A DNA stretch of 64,000 bases from Candidatus Eiseniibacteriota bacterium (GCA_963744995.1 CAVUWA010000010.1:544001-608000); one strand, 5' to 3'. Positions 24,727 through 35,402 are shown, counted from the stretch's first letter. The notes: generated from the letters alone by a model not told the origin. Numbers and translations: made by a program.

Positions 24727-27180
24727 TCAACCGGACTTGGGTTGGCGTCCCTCCGCGAGAATCGCCGCGAATGCGGGATCGTCGCGCAGGGACTCGAGTT
24801 CCGGATCGTGCTCGAGTTCGGCCACACCGCGCCCGTGACGTACCGCCTCACGGAACCAGTGCAGCGCTCTCTTGCGGTCTCCGGCTTGAAGGAAGACGTA
24901 GCCCGCCCGCAGCATGCATTCGTTCTCGTCGGGCGAATCCGCGAGCGCCCTCACGATGGCGGCGATGGCTTCGGCGTCGCGGCCACGGTTGGCGAGCCAG
25001 CCCGCGAGCCGGGCGCGGCCCCACGCGTCGCCGGGAGACCGACGCAGGCGTTCGCTCATCAACGAGATGGCATGATCCAGCGCCTCGACCGCTCGCGCTT
25101 CGCGGCCGGGGATCTGTCGGCACGCGCTGCCGAGGTTGCCGAGGAACTCGGGATCCGCCGGGGCGAGCGCAACCGCCCGTTCGAGCGCTTCGACGCACGC
25201 GTCGTAGCGACCGAGGAAGAACAGCAGTGAGCCCAGATTCGAGTAGGCACGTGCGCTGGGCAGCAGCGCCACGCTGTGCTCGTAGAACGGGACCGCGCGA
25301 CGCATGTGCCCGAGGTAGAACAGTGCGACGCCGATGTTGCGCAGCACGATCCCATTCTCGGGCGCCCGGCGGCGCACGCGCCGCCATGCGGACAGCGCTT
25401 CACGATACGCGCCGGAGTGGGCGTGTGCGAGCCCGAGCAGATTGTACGCCTGCCAGTCTCCGGGGCGCGCGCGGATCGCTCGTTCGCAGGCCTTGCGGGC
25501 TTCTTCGCCGTGGCCAAGCCGCAACGCCGTGCGCACGAAACCGTCCAGTGCATCGGGCTCCGCCGGCATGATCTCCCGATAGATCGAGAAGGCCTCCTCC
25601 GAGCGGCCGGTGCTGGCTCGCAGGTCGGCGAGCGCGAGGCGCACCTCGGAGCGTCGCGGGTCGGTCTGCGCGGCCTTCGCGCAGGCCGTGGCCGCACGAT
25701 CCTGCCACACCCGCGCGGCGGTATGGCGATACTTGAAGAGGCACGCCCGCGCCAGCGCCGCATGGAAGCGCGGATCCTGCGGCTCGTCGCGGACCAGCCG
25801 TTCCAGAATCTGGACCCCGGCATCTACCGCGCCTTCCTGATCGAAGCGATCCAGGTAGCGCAGCGCCTGCGCGTAGTGTTCCGCCGCGGCGGGATCGTGG
25901 CGCGCCCGCGCCGCCGGCGCGGCGGCCGCGTTCGCGGGCGCTCCGAGCGACGCCGCGACGCTCTCGACCACCCGGTCCTCGAGTGCGAACGGATCCGCGG
26001 TCGCACCGTCGAGCGAGGCTCCGGCGAGGCGCGCACCGGCGACCGGATCGACCAGGCTCCAGGTGACGCGGGTCACGGCCTCGGTCACCCGCACTCGCCC
26101 CTCGAGGAGCAGGTTCGCGCCCATGCGTGCCGCGGTTTCGCGCCAGCCCGTGTCCGCCGGGCCGGCGGACGGCGTCACCGCGCGCACGGTGGGCAGCCCC
26201 GCGAGCCGCGCTTCCAGCGCCTCGCGCAGCGCAGGCGCCGCATGATCGGCCGCCCCGTTGCCTTCCGGCGCGAAGCCGACGACGCCCAGGTAGATCGGCG
26301 CGCCGCGCTCGAGCACGCCGGGCCCCGGAAGGGCCGTCGCCGCGGCCGGCGTCGCCGCGGCCTCCGCCGCGCTCGCGGTGCACGCATCCAGCGCACGCGT
26401 CATCTCCGCCGCGCCGGCGAAGCGCTCCGCCGGATCGCGCGCCATCGCCTTCATCACCACCGCCTCGACGTTCCGTGGAATCTCCGGCCGCAGCTCGCGC
26501 GGCGGCTGCAGCGGCAGGTTGGGAATCGCGTAGGCGAGCTGCTCCTGTCGCTCGGCCACGAACGGCAGCCGCCCGGTGAGCGCCTCGTACATGACCGCGC
26601 CGAGCCCGTAGACGTCGCTGCGCGCGTCGCCGCTGCCACCGACCACGACTTCGGGCGCCAGATACGCGAACGTGCCGACCACGCTGCCGGTGGTGGTGAG
26701 ACGCGTCGCGCCTTCCGAGAGGGCGAGGCCGAAATCCACGATCAGCGCGTGGCCGTCCGCATCGAGCATGATGTTGCGACCGGTGACGTCGCGGTGCACG
26801 ACGCCGTGCGCATGCGCATGCGCGAGGCCCTCCGCAACCTCGCGCGCGATGCGCAGGACGTCGTGGATCGGCATCAGGCTTCGGGCTGCTCGTTCGGAGA
26901 GCGTCGGGCCGTCGATCCGCGCCATCGCGATGTAGGCGGCACCGTCGGCCTCGCCCGCTTCGACGATCTGCGCGATCGCCGGATGGTGCAGCCGCATCTG
27001 GCTCTCGGCTTCGTGCTGGAAACGCCTGCGCGCCTTCGCCGATCCGGCGGCCGGGCCCTGCAGGATCTTGAGGGCCACCTCGTGGCCGACGAGCTCGTCT
27101 GCGGCGCTCCATACGGAGGCCATCCCGCCTTCGCCGAGCTTCGCGAGGATCCGAAACCGTCCGATCTTTCTTCCGATCAT
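24727..27180 (-). CDS. Hanks-type protein kinase with TolB-N-like domain and TPR repeats
   Basis: LGEGGMASV, VALK, HRDVTGRN, DFG, GTFAYLAPE, SDVYGLG; C-terminal TPR array. Confidence 0.92.
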   Translation of the reverse strand: MIGRKIGRFRILAKLGEGGMASVWSAADELVGHEVALKILQGPAAGSAKARRRFQHEAESQMRLHHPAIAQIVEAGEADGAAYIAMARIDGPTLSERAARSLMPIHDVLRIAREVAEGLAHAHAHGVVHRDVTGRNIMLDADGHALIVDFGLALSEGATRLTTTGSVVGTFAYLAPEVVVGGSGDARSDVYGLGAVMYEALTGRLPFVAERQEQLAYAIPNLPLQPPRELRPEIPRNVEAVVMKAMARDPAERFAGAAEMTRALDACTASAAEAAATPAAATALPGPGVLERGAPIYLGVVGFAPEGNGAADHAAPALREALEARLAGLPTVRAVTPSAGPADTGWRETAARMGANLLLEGRVRVTEAVTRVTWSLVDPVAGARLAGASLDGATADPFALEDRVVESVAASLGAPANAAAAPAARARHDPAAAEHYAQALRYLDRFDQEGAVDAGVQILERLVRDEPQDPRFHAALARACLFKYRHTAARVWQDRAATACAKAAQTDPRRSEVRLALADLRASTGRSEEAFSIYREIMPAEPDALDGFVRTALRLGHGEEARKACERAIRARPGDWQAYNLLGLAHAHSGAYREALSAWRRVRRRAPENGIVLRNIGVALFYLGHMRRAVPFYEHSVALLPSARAYSNLGSLLFFLGRYDACVEALERAVALAPADPEFLGNLGSACRQIPGREARAVEALDHAISLMSERLRRSPGDAWGRARLAGWLANRGRDAEAIAAIVRALADSPDENECMLRAGYVFLQAGDRKRALHWFREAVRHGRGVAELEHDPELESLRDDPAFAAILAEGRQPKSG

Positions 27181-27355
27181 GAGGAGCCTCGGATGACGTC
27201 ACGGGTCGGGGCGCGGCAGGTGCGGGGGGATTGCGGCCCGAAGGTGCCCGCTGCTGGGAGGAATTCCGGCCTCCTCCCTGAGGCCGCGATCGATGCACGG
27301 AGGCTACGCCCCGAACGGGGCGGAATCAAGAATGGTCGCGCCGCCGATCACTGCG

Positions 27356-30010
27356 CTACTTCGACAGACTCTCCTGCCAGTTCACGACGACGTCGAACGG
27401 CGTCGCCGACTCGAGCCCGAATGGAACGTGGACGAGGAAGCGCTGGCCGTCGCGGCTGACATCGTAGCGGTTCCGTGCGGGTCCGATCTGCGGAATCACG
27501 AACAGTGGCACCGGAACGCCCGTCTGAAACCCCTCGTCGGTGGTGACCGGCACGGCCATCAGCCGACTGTCGGGAGCAACGAAGTAGAGTTCCCTGCCGT
27601 CTCCGCGCCACGTGGGCCACGCGCCCCCGGCGAGCGACACCTGCCACTTGCCGCGCGGTTCGGGGAAGCCCTGCACGTAGATCTCGTTGCGCCCGGACTC
27701 ATTCGAAGCGTAGGCGAGCCAGCGGCTGTCCGGCGACAGCACGCCCGAGGACTGGTTGCCGGGCCGCTTGACGAGATCGATCGGTTTGCGGTCGCCGTCC
27801 ACTTCGATGCAGCGGATATCGATATCGCCGGCGGCCACGGTCTCCCAGTACACGAGGTAGCGACCATCCGAGGACCAGCTGGTCGGAAACTTCTCGTTGT
27901 CCGAGTGGACGAGCAGCTCGAGGCTCCCTACCCCGTTCGAGCGCTTGCGGAAGATGTCGAGGCCCAGCGAGTCGCGCGCCGAGTTGAACGCGATCCACCG
28001 GCCGTCGGGCGACCACACCGGCGCGCTGTCGGTCTGCGGGTCGAAGGTCAGACGCGACAGCGTGCCGTGCTCGGCGTCGAGCACCCACACGTCGAGATCC
28101 CCGGACTGCGGATCGCGGCGGCGCATGGCGACGCGCCGGCCGTCGGGCGACCACATGGGATTCTGCAGGTCGCCCGCGGGACCGAGCGTCTTCACGCGAC
28201 GGCCCGTGCGGTCGAACACGACCAGCTCGAGGTCGCCGGAGCGGCCACGCTGATAGACCAGCGTGCCGTCGTGGGACACGCTGAAGTCGGTGTTGCCGAA
28301 GGCGCCCTGCGGAAGCCCTTCCGCCACCGGCACGGGATCGCCGGTGAACGCGATGCGCTTCGCATCGAACGGCTGCGCGAGCAGGGTGCGTTCGCGCACG
28401 AACAGAAGATAGCCCGGCGGCGCGTACCGGATGAAAGAGAAGGTCTCGCCGGGCAGGGCCTTGACGTCCTTGCCGTCGATTGAGCCCGCGAACAGCTTGA
28501 GGGCGTTGTCGCCGTTCAGGGCCAGGTAGAGGAAGTGTTTCCGGTCCGGCAGGAACTCGGGCCAGCCGTGCGCCACCTCGCCGCCTTTCCGGTCGAGCGA
28601 GGTCGCCGGGGACACCAGTCCCCCCGACGCCGAGATGCGCTGCAGCGAGTCCGCGCCGTCGAAGATGATGACGTCCGCCGGTCCCCACGCGCCGTCTTCG
28701 CCGCCCGGGGCGTCGCCCAGCGTCTGCGGCGCGCCGCCGTTGATGGCGACCCGCTTGAGCTTGCCGTCGAGCAGGAACGCCATGTGCCGGCTGTCCGGCG
28801 ACCAGAAGGGCCGATGCGCGCCGGCCGTCCCCGGCAGCGGCGTCGCGTCGAGCTCGCCCATGGGCCGCAGCCAGATCGATTCGGCGCCGAGCGAATCGCG
28901 GCCGAGGAACGCGAGGTACCTGCCGTCGGGCGAGATGATCGGTGAGCGCATGGTCAGCACGCCGCGCGGGGGATACATGCGGAAGCGCAGGAGTTCCGGC
29001 TCGGGCGTCCTGCGCATGAGCGCCATCGCTCCGAGCGCCAGCGCCACGACCCCCGCCAGGACCGCGACGCCCCACGCCAGCCGCTCGCGCGAGCGGCGGC
29101 GGTGCGCGAGCGGCGCCGGGATGCCCGCTTGCGAGCCGCCCTCGGCGATCCATTGCAGCTGCAGCTTGACGTCGTGGGCCGTCTGGATGCGCTCGTCGCG
29201 ATCCTTGGCGAGGCAGGTGTGGATCACGCGATCGAGCGCCGGCGGCGACAGCGGCTGGATCGTCGAGATCGGCGCCGGGCTGGACGACATGATCGACGAG
29301 ATCAGGCTCGCGCGGCTCTTGCCCGCGAACGCCGGGCGCCCGGTGGCCATCTCGTAGAGCAGCGCGCCGAGCGCGAAGACGTCGGTGCGCGCGTCGGCCT
29401 CTTCGCCCTCGAGCTGCTCGGGCGCCATGTACTGGAACGTGCCGAGCAGCGTGCCTTCCGCGGTCAAGGGCTGCGAGCCCGCGGCCTCGGTCGGCAGCGA
29501 CGTCAATGCGCTCGCCGCCGAGCCCGCCGAGGGCGCCAGGGTGCGCGCGAGGCCGAAGTCGAGCAGCTTGGGGCCCGACTTGGTGAGCATGACGTTGCCG
29601 GGCTTCAGGTCGCGGTGGACGATGCCCTGCCGGTGCGCGCGATCGAGCGCATCGGCGATCGCGGCGCCGACCGAGAGCACTTCCTGCGGCGGCAGGGCTC
29701 CGTGCGTCAGGCGATCGGCGAGCGTCTCCCCCTCCAGGTGCTCCATGACCAGGAAGTCCACGCCGTTCTCGTGCCCGACGTCGTGCAGCACGCAGATGTT
29801 CGGGTGCGAGAGCTGCGAGATCGCCTTCGCCTCGCGGTCGAAGCGCTGGCGCAGCGCGGGATCGGAGGACAGATGGGAGGGCAGCACCTTGATCGCGACC
29901 GTGCGATCGAGGCGCGGATCGCGGGCGCGGTAGACCTCTCCCATCCCGCCGGCGCCGATCGCGCCGAGGATTTCGTAGTGGCCGAGCTGGGTTCCGGGTT
30001 CGAGCGGCAC
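27356..30010 (-). CDS. Hanks-type Ser/Thr kinase with TM helix and TolB-like beta-propeller (PD40 repeats)
   Basis: IGAGGMGEVY, VAIK, HRDLKPGN, DFGLA, GTFQYMAPE; repeated (W/I/L)SPDGR; GTG start 30010. Confidence 0.94.
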   Translation of the reverse strand: MPLEPGTQLGHYEILGAIGAGGMGEVYRARDPRLDRTVAIKVLPSHLSSDPALRQRFDREAKAISQLSHPNICVLHDVGHENGVDFLVMEHLEGETLADRLTHGALPPQEVLSVGAAIADALDRAHRQGIVHRDLKPGNVMLTKSGPKLLDFGLARTLAPSAGSAASALTSLPTEAAGSQPLTAEGTLLGTFQYMAPEQLEGEEADARTDVFALGALLYEMATGRPAFAGKSRASLISSIMSSSPAPISTIQPLSPPALDRVIHTCLAKDRDERIQTAHDVKLQLQWIAEGGSQAGIPAPLAHRRRSRERLAWGVAVLAGVVALALGAMALMRRTPEPELLRFRMYPPRGVLTMRSPIISPDGRYLAFLGRDSLGAESIWLRPMGELDATPLPGTAGAHRPFWSPDSRHMAFLLDGKLKRVAINGGAPQTLGDAPGGEDGAWGPADVIIFDGADSLQRISASGGLVSPATSLDRKGGEVAHGWPEFLPDRKHFLYLALNGDNALKLFAGSIDGKDVKALPGETFSFIRYAPPGYLLFVRERTLLAQPFDAKRIAFTGDPVPVAEGLPQGAFGNTDFSVSHDGTLVYQRGRSGDLELVVFDRTGRRVKTLGPAGDLQNPMWSPDGRRVAMRRRDPQSGDLDVWVLDAEHGTLSRLTFDPQTDSAPVWSPDGRWIAFNSARDSLGLDIFRKRSNGVGSLELLVHSDNEKFPTSWSSDGRYLVYWETVAAGDIDIRCIEVDGDRKPIDLVKRPGNQSSGVLSPDSRWLAYASNESGRNEIYVQGFPEPRGKWQVSLAGGAWPTWRGDGRELYFVAPDSRLMAVPVTTDEGFQTGVPVPLFVIPQIGPARNRYDVSRDGQRFLVHVPFGLESATPFDVVVNWQESLSK

Positions 30011-30228
30011 GGGGAGTTCTCCGGGAGGTGCAAAGCGGAAGTGGATGCAGGCAGAGGGCGCGCCCTCCCGCCGTCGGGGTCGGGCGCGCGGAAGGTAGCA
30101 CAGGCGTGGGGAGGCGAGTGGCGGAAGCACCTGACGATCGGGAGAAGGCTGAAAAAATTCGCGGAGCCGACCGCCGGAGCCGGCGGCGCTCGCCCGCTCC
30201 GGGATCGCGCGTCAGCCGCGCGGGACCA

Positions 30229-32322
30229 TCAGCGGCCGCGGCCCATCCGACCCCGCGCCCGCTTCGCCGACGCCTCGTCCCCCACCGTCTCGAACAGCCG
30301 CGCCATCTCCTCGAGCACCGCGGGCTCGCCGGTGCGGTCGATCATCGGCCGCCACAGCCGGGCCGCTTCCTGCAACCGCCCGGCCGCCACGTCCACACGT
30401 CCCGCGCCGATGATGGCCGCCACGTTGCCGGGGTCCACGGACATCAGCGCCTCGTACGCGCGCAGCGCGTCGTCGTAGCGGCCCTGCATCATCAGCGCCT
30501 CGCCCATGATCAACCAGCCTTCGGGCACGTCGGGGCGCGCGCGCACGATGCCGTCGGCGGCTGCGAGCGCGGCGCCGAGGTGGCCGTGCATGAGCTCGTA
30601 CACGCCGAGGAAGATCCGCGGCCGCCAGGTGAGCGAGTCCGGCTGCACCTGGACGAGACCGCGGAACGTGTGCACGTTGCGAAGCGTGTCGCTCGCAAAC
30701 CACGCGGGCGCGGTCCCGAACGCAGGGCCGATGCGGTAGGTGACGCTCGGCGGGCGGTCGGTGGCGTGCACGACCTCGAGCCCCGGCACGACGCCGGTGG
30801 TGTCGAGCAGGTAGCTGAACTCGGGGCGCAGCTGCGCCTCGACCCACGAGAAGTAAAGGAAGCCGGCGTGCTCGTCACGCGCGGCGGACGCAAGATCCGC
30901 GAGCGCCGGCACGCGCGGAAACGGCGCCACCGTGAGGTGCGCGTAGTAGCCGATGTGCGCCTTGCGCGCCATCACGGTGCCGCCGCCGGGCGCAATCGCC
31001 CTCAGGGCGCGGGCGGACTCGAGCACCTCGCGCGGCAGATCGCGCTCGATCCGCTGCTGCAGACGCACGCTGTCCACGGCACGCGGCCCCACGGCGGCGA
31101 ACCCGGCCAGCGCGAGGACGACGAGCGCGGGCACGCGCCGGCGCCGCCAGCCGAACGGCGCCGCGATGCCGCATGCGGCGGCGGCCATGTAGAACGGCAG
31201 CAGCGCCAGCGAATAGCGGTCGCTGTAGAACACCGGCACCAGCGCGAGGAATGCGAACGCGCCGAGGATCGCCAGCCCGAGGCCGCGCCGCCATGTGCCG
31301 CGCACGGCGGCCGCGAGGATCGCGACGCCGGCGAGCGCGGCGGCAGGCCAGCCGACCAGCGTCCCCAGGTCGCGCACGAGGTGATCCGCGCCCGCGCGCC
31401 CCCACTTCTCGACGAGCCCCGGGCCGTCGCGCCGCACGACCTCGAAGAATCCGATCTTCGCCGCGGTGTCGCGCGCCGCGGGCATCCAGTCCTGCACCTG
31501 GCGCAGCGCGCGCGTGTCGGCATAGAAGCCGAAGTTCGAGAGCAGCCCCTCGCCCGGCACATGGCCGCGGGCGAGCGAGTACGCGGTCCACGGCACCAGC
31601 ACGGCGCCCAGCCCCAGCAGCCACGTCCATGCGGCGCGGCGCGGGTGTTCCGTGACGCCGGGGAGCCACAGGCACAGCAGCGAGGCGGGAATCAGGGACG
31701 CGAGGTTGTAGCGCGTCAGGATCGCGAGCGCCGCCAGCAACCCGGCCCAGAGCGGCGCGCGCCGGCCGCGCATGGCGAGCAACGCGAACACCGAGGCCGA
31801 CTGCAGCGCCACGCTCAGCGCGTCGGTCGTGGCCGAATAGCCGTAGCGGAACAGCACCGGGTTCGCCGCGAGCAGCAGCGCGCACCACGCGCCGGCGTAG
31901 GGGTTCGCGCGGCGCGCGAGCAGCAGGAACCACAGGAGGAGCGTCGCCGCGAACGCCGTCACCGAGACGAACTTCGCCGCGGCGAACAGATCGCGCGTGA
32001 CGAACCCGGCGAGCGCCAGCGCCGTCTCGTACACGGGACCGACGACGCCGTAGCGCGCCGGGTCGAAGTGCCCCGACTGCACCAGCCGCGCGCCATGCGC
32101 GTACGAGCCGTAGAAATCGCTCTCGGTGTACGAATCGCCGATCGGGTGATGGAAGATGGCGACCCAGCCGATCACCAGGGTCGCGAGCGCGACGAGGACG
32201 AGCCCTGCGCGCCAGGCGAGCACGGGATCGAACGGCGCGCCGGCCGGCACGGATCGCGAACGGGCTGCGGGCGCGGGACGCTGGCGGGCCGCGCGCCGCC
32301 GGCCCTTCGGAGAAGCAGGCAC
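30229..32322 (-). CDS. GT-C fold membrane glycosyltransferase (ArnT/PMT, GT39-like) with C-terminal TPR
   Basis: ESDFY loop, multiple TM helices, TTDAL, LAILTRYN, DRY.L.LLP; TPR-like tail. Confidence 0.7.
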   Translation of the reverse strand: MPASPKGRRRAARQRPAPAARSRSVPAGAPFDPVLAWRAGLVLVALATLVIGWVAIFHHPIGDSYTESDFYGSYAHGARLVQSGHFDPARYGVVGPVYETALALAGFVTRDLFAAAKFVSVTAFAATLLLWFLLLARRANPYAGAWCALLLAANPVLFRYGYSATTDALSVALQSASVFALLAMRGRRAPLWAGLLAALAILTRYNLASLIPASLLCLWLPGVTEHPRRAAWTWLLGLGAVLVPWTAYSLARGHVPGEGLLSNFGFYADTRALRQVQDWMPAARDTAAKIGFFEVVRRDGPGLVEKWGRAGADHLVRDLGTLVGWPAAALAGVAILAAAVRGTWRRGLGLAILGAFAFLALVPVFYSDRYSLALLPFYMAAAACGIAAPFGWRRRRVPALVVLALAGFAAVGPRAVDSVRLQQRIERDLPREVLESARALRAIAPGGGTVMARKAHIGYYAHLTVAPFPRVPALADLASAARDEHAGFLYFSWVEAQLRPEFSYLLDTTGVVPGLEVVHATDRPPSVTYRIGPAFGTAPAWFASDTLRNVHTFRGLVQVQPDSLTWRPRIFLGVYELMHGHLGAALAAADGIVRARPDVPEGWLIMGEALMMQGRYDDALRAYEALMSVDPGNVAAIIGAGRVDVAAGRLQEAARLWRPMIDRTGEPAVLEEMARLFETVGDEASAKRARGRMGRGR

Positions 32323-32487
32323 GGCGGAATTCTAGCGCCGGACGATCGCTCCCGGAAGGCGCGGCCGGGACGGCGGCAGGGCGCGCCAGGCGCCGGGCGC
32401 GCGGGACGAGCCGCGACGCGGCGTCGTCGCCCCCGCCGCCCCGCGCGATGCCCGGCCCATGCGGCCACGGGCGCTCCCGGACCGCGC

Positions 32488-33150
32488 CTACTCCCGGTCG
32501 GGCTTCTTCTCGAACATCTCCATCAGCCCGTGCTGCACGGCCTTCGACGAACCGATCCCGGCGCCGATCGCGAACGCGACCCCGATCGAGCCGAAGCTGA
32601 TCACGAACGCGGCGAGGATGATCTCGCGCGCGAAGTGCAGCTGCCAGAGCGCGAGCGCGGTGACCACGGCCAGCAGCGCGCCGCGCACGCACTTGCCGAC
32701 CAGCCGGGCGCGGCGAATGCCCTCCTCCTCGAGGGCGCTCGTGACCCGCACCGCCAGCGTGCCGCTCACCATCAGGCCGATGCCGACGATCAGACCCACG
32801 AGGATCAGGTTCGGCACGTAGAACACGACGGAATCGATGAAGCGCGACAGCGTCGTGAGGCCCCAGCGGTTGAGCGCGTCGTCCAGGAACACGAGCACCA
32901 CCGTGATGCCGGCGAAGTTGCCGATGATGTTGTAGAGCGCCCCGCGCACGTCGCCCTTGCCGAACGCCGAGCGCCAGCCGACGCGCCCGGCCAGCCGGTC
33001 GAGCCTGAGCCAGACCAGCATGCGTACGATCGCGCGCTTGACGAGCCAGCCCGCGATCACTCCCAGCACGGTCACGATCAGCCCGGCCGCGACGGCCGGA
33101 AGCGAGGCGGCGAACTGCGTCCACCACTCGTTCAATGTCTGGTTTTGCAT
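32488..33150 (-). CDS. CmpX-like / MscS-associated TM-helix-repeat membrane protein
   Basis: Repeated LPAVAAGL..LG..AG and YVPNLILVGLI; AFAIGAGIG. Confidence 0.7.
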   Translation of the reverse strand: MQNQTLNEWWTQFAASLPAVAAGLIVTVLGVIAGWLVKRAIVRMLVWLRLDRLAGRVGWRSAFGKGDVRGALYNIIGNFAGITVVLVFLDDALNRWGLTTLSRFIDSVVFYVPNLILVGLIVGIGLMVSGTLAVRVTSALEEEGIRRARLVGKCVRGALLAVVTALALWQLHFAREIILAAFVISFGSIGVAFAIGAGIGSSKAVQHGLMEMFEKKPDRE

Positions 33151-33158
33151 GACCCTCC

Positions 33159-35402
33159 CTACCTTCCGCCGAAGAATGCTTCGAATCGGCCGGTTCGATG
33201 CGCTTCGACATCCCGCACCACGATCATCGGGCCGTGTCCGCGCCGTGCGACGCTGCCCGGCAGGGTCTCCGCGAGCAGCGCGGCGACCGGATCGGTGCGC
33301 GGCGCGCCGATGATCACGAGGTCATCCCGCTTGAGCGAGCCCAGCAGGCCCCCGGCCACGTCGCGCCGGCGCAGCACGTCGAGGCCCGTGCCGAGCTGGG
33401 CCCGTTCGATGGTCGCGCGCGCTTCGGTTTCGATGCGCGCAGCGTCCTCCGCGGGGGTGTCGTCCTCGATCACCGTCAACGCACGCACCGGCGCCCCCAG
33501 CTGCGACGCGAATCCCGGCGCCAGCTCAGCGGCGAGCTGCGAGTTCGCACCCCCGGTGACCGGCACGACGACGCGCCCGACGTGGTCCGGGGCGAGTCGC
33601 CCGTACACCACCCCCACCTGGTTCGGCGCATCCTGGATCACGCGCTCGACGATCGATGCCACCAGCTTCTCGAGCAGCGAGTCCGCCACGGGGCGGCCAA
33701 GCACCAGGAAGTTGCAGTCCTCCTCGCGCGCGGTGCCGAGGATGCCCTGACTCACCCGGTGCGCGATCTTGACCAGCGAGCGGACCCGCACGCCGCGGTC
33801 ACGCGCGTAGCGGTCCGCCTTGTCGAGCAATGCCTGCAGCTGCCGCACTTCGTTGCGTGCGGTCATGAGCGAAACGCCCTCCGGCACCTCGGCGACGGTG
33901 ACGACCACGATCTTCCCCGCGTGGCGCCGGGCGATGATGATCCCGGCTTCCATCAGCGAAGGCATCGTGTCGGGGTTCGACACGGCGACGAGCACGCTGT
34001 ACTCCTGCCGCTCGATCCGTTCCATCCAGCGCACGCGCTCGGCGAACGCCGATTCGCGATTGCGGCTGTAGCCGTAATAGAAGGCCAGCCCGGCCACGAT
34101 CCAGCCGCCGGCCGCGAGCCAGGCGAGCGGATACTGGAAGTACATGAACACCGCGATGAACAGCATCAGGCCGATCGCGAGGATCGGCGTGAACGGCATG
34201 AACGGCACCTTGAAGCCGCGATCGAGATCCGGGTGCGAGCGCCGCAGCCGGATCACCGCCACGTTCACGCCGCCGAACAGCAGCAGGAACATGACGCCGG
34301 CCGCCGCGGCGACCTGCTCGATCGGCAGCGCGATCGCCATGCCGATGATCAGCAGCGTCGAGAACAGGATCGCGAAGTGCGGCGTGGCGCGCTTGGCATG
34401 CACGCGGGCGATCAGGTTCGGCAGGCTGGCGTCGCGCGCCATCGCGAACGCCACGCGCGACGAGGAATAGATCGTGGCGTTCAAGGCGGAGATCGTGGAC
34501 AGCAGGCCGCCCACCATGATGACGATGCCGCCGCCCAGGATGAACTGGTTCGCGGCGTTGACGAGCGCGATCTCCTTCGCCTTGCCGAGGTACTCGGTGA
34601 TGCCCATCCCCGCGGGCGGCGTCACGGCGCCGATCGCGACGAACGCGACCAGCAAGTAGATCGGGACGACGATCAGCAACGACAGGAACACCGCACGCGG
34701 CACGTTGCGCTTCGGGTCTTCGACCTCTTCGCTGGCCTGCGCGATGATTTCGTAGCCCTCGAACGCGATGAACGTGAGCCCCATCGCCGCGAAGATCCCG
34801 CCCCAGCCGTGGGTCATGAACGGCGTGAACGCGCCGTGCCAGCCGGGCCGGTGCACCAGCGCCCACAGGCCGGCGACGATGAACGCGCCAATGATCGCCA
34901 CCTTGCCGATCGTGACGACCGTTCCCGCCTTGCCCGTTTCCGAGGCGCCGCGGTAGTTGATGAACGCGAACAGCGTGCACGCCGCCACCGCCAGCCAGAT
35001 CTCGATCCGGCCGAACGGCACCGCCGGAATCGGCAGCCCGGACACCGAGAGCACTTCCTTGAAGTAGGCGCCGAAGCCCAGGGCGTAGAGCGAGCATGCG
35101 ACCGCGTGCGCGAACCAGTCCATCCAGCCCGACAGAAATCCGCTGGGGTCGGGCAGCGACGCCTTGATCCACAGGTAGCCGCCGCCCGCGCCGTGGATCG
35201 CGCTGCCGAGCTCCGCATAGGCCATCGCGGTGAGCAGCGCCACGAACCCGTTCAAGATGAATACCAGCAGCAGCGCCGGGCCCGATACGCCGGCGGCGAT
35301 GCCGGTCAGCACGAAGATCCCGGCGCCGATCATCGCGCCGACGCCGATCATCGTGACGTCGACGAGACGCATTTCGCGACTCAGTCTGACTTCTGCGGAC
35401 AT
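33159..35402 (-). CDS. APC-family amino acid permease fused to tandem USP domains
   Basis: GAMIGAGIF, YAELGS, FIAFEGYE, EEVEDPKRNVPRA, RGFKVP; C-terminal VLVAVSNP and VVVPVTGGANS USP motifs. Confidence 0.92.
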   Translation of the reverse strand: MSAEVRLSREMRLVDVTMIGVGAMIGAGIFVLTGIAAGVSGPALLLVFILNGFVALLTAMAYAELGSAIHGAGGGYLWIKASLPDPSGFLSGWMDWFAHAVACSLYALGFGAYFKEVLSVSGLPIPAVPFGRIEIWLAVAACTLFAFINYRGASETGKAGTVVTIGKVAIIGAFIVAGLWALVHRPGWHGAFTPFMTHGWGGIFAAMGLTFIAFEGYEIIAQASEEVEDPKRNVPRAVFLSLLIVVPIYLLVAFVAIGAVTPPAGMGITEYLGKAKEIALVNAANQFILGGGIVIMVGGLLSTISALNATIYSSSRVAFAMARDASLPNLIARVHAKRATPHFAILFSTLLIIGMAIALPIEQVAAAAGVMFLLLFGGVNVAVIRLRRSHPDLDRGFKVPFMPFTPILAIGLMLFIAVFMYFQYPLAWLAAGGWIVAGLAFYYGYSRNRESAFAERVRWMERIERQEYSVLVAVSNPDTMPSLMEAGIIIARRHAGKIVVVTVAEVPEGVSLMTARNEVRQLQALLDKADRYARDRGVRVRSLVKIAHRVSQGILGTAREEDCNFLVLGRPVADSLLEKLVASIVERVIQDAPNQVGVVYGRLAPDHVGRVVVPVTGGANSQLAAELAPGFASQLGAPVRALTVIEDDTPAEDAARIETEARATIERAQLGTGLDVLRRRDVAGGLLGSLKRDDLVIIGAPRTDPVAALLAETLPGSVARRGHGPMIVVRDVEAHRTGRFEAFFGGR

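Noticed and set aside
24284..24730. Alternative 148-aa minus-strand ORF over the small protein
   Set aside because: The 24307-24708 frame has a GGAGG RBS and protein-like composition; this frame does not.
22100..27300. Prophage or integrative element explaining the atypical composition
   Set aside because: No integrase, transposase, att-like repeats or tRNA target seen.
30028..33750. 1240-aa plus-strand ORF, and similar long ORFs such as 3856-6954, 40671-44744 and 25276-27459
   Set aside because: Antisense shadows of well-supported genes; Arg/Ala/Gly-rich with no motifs, as expected at this GC content.
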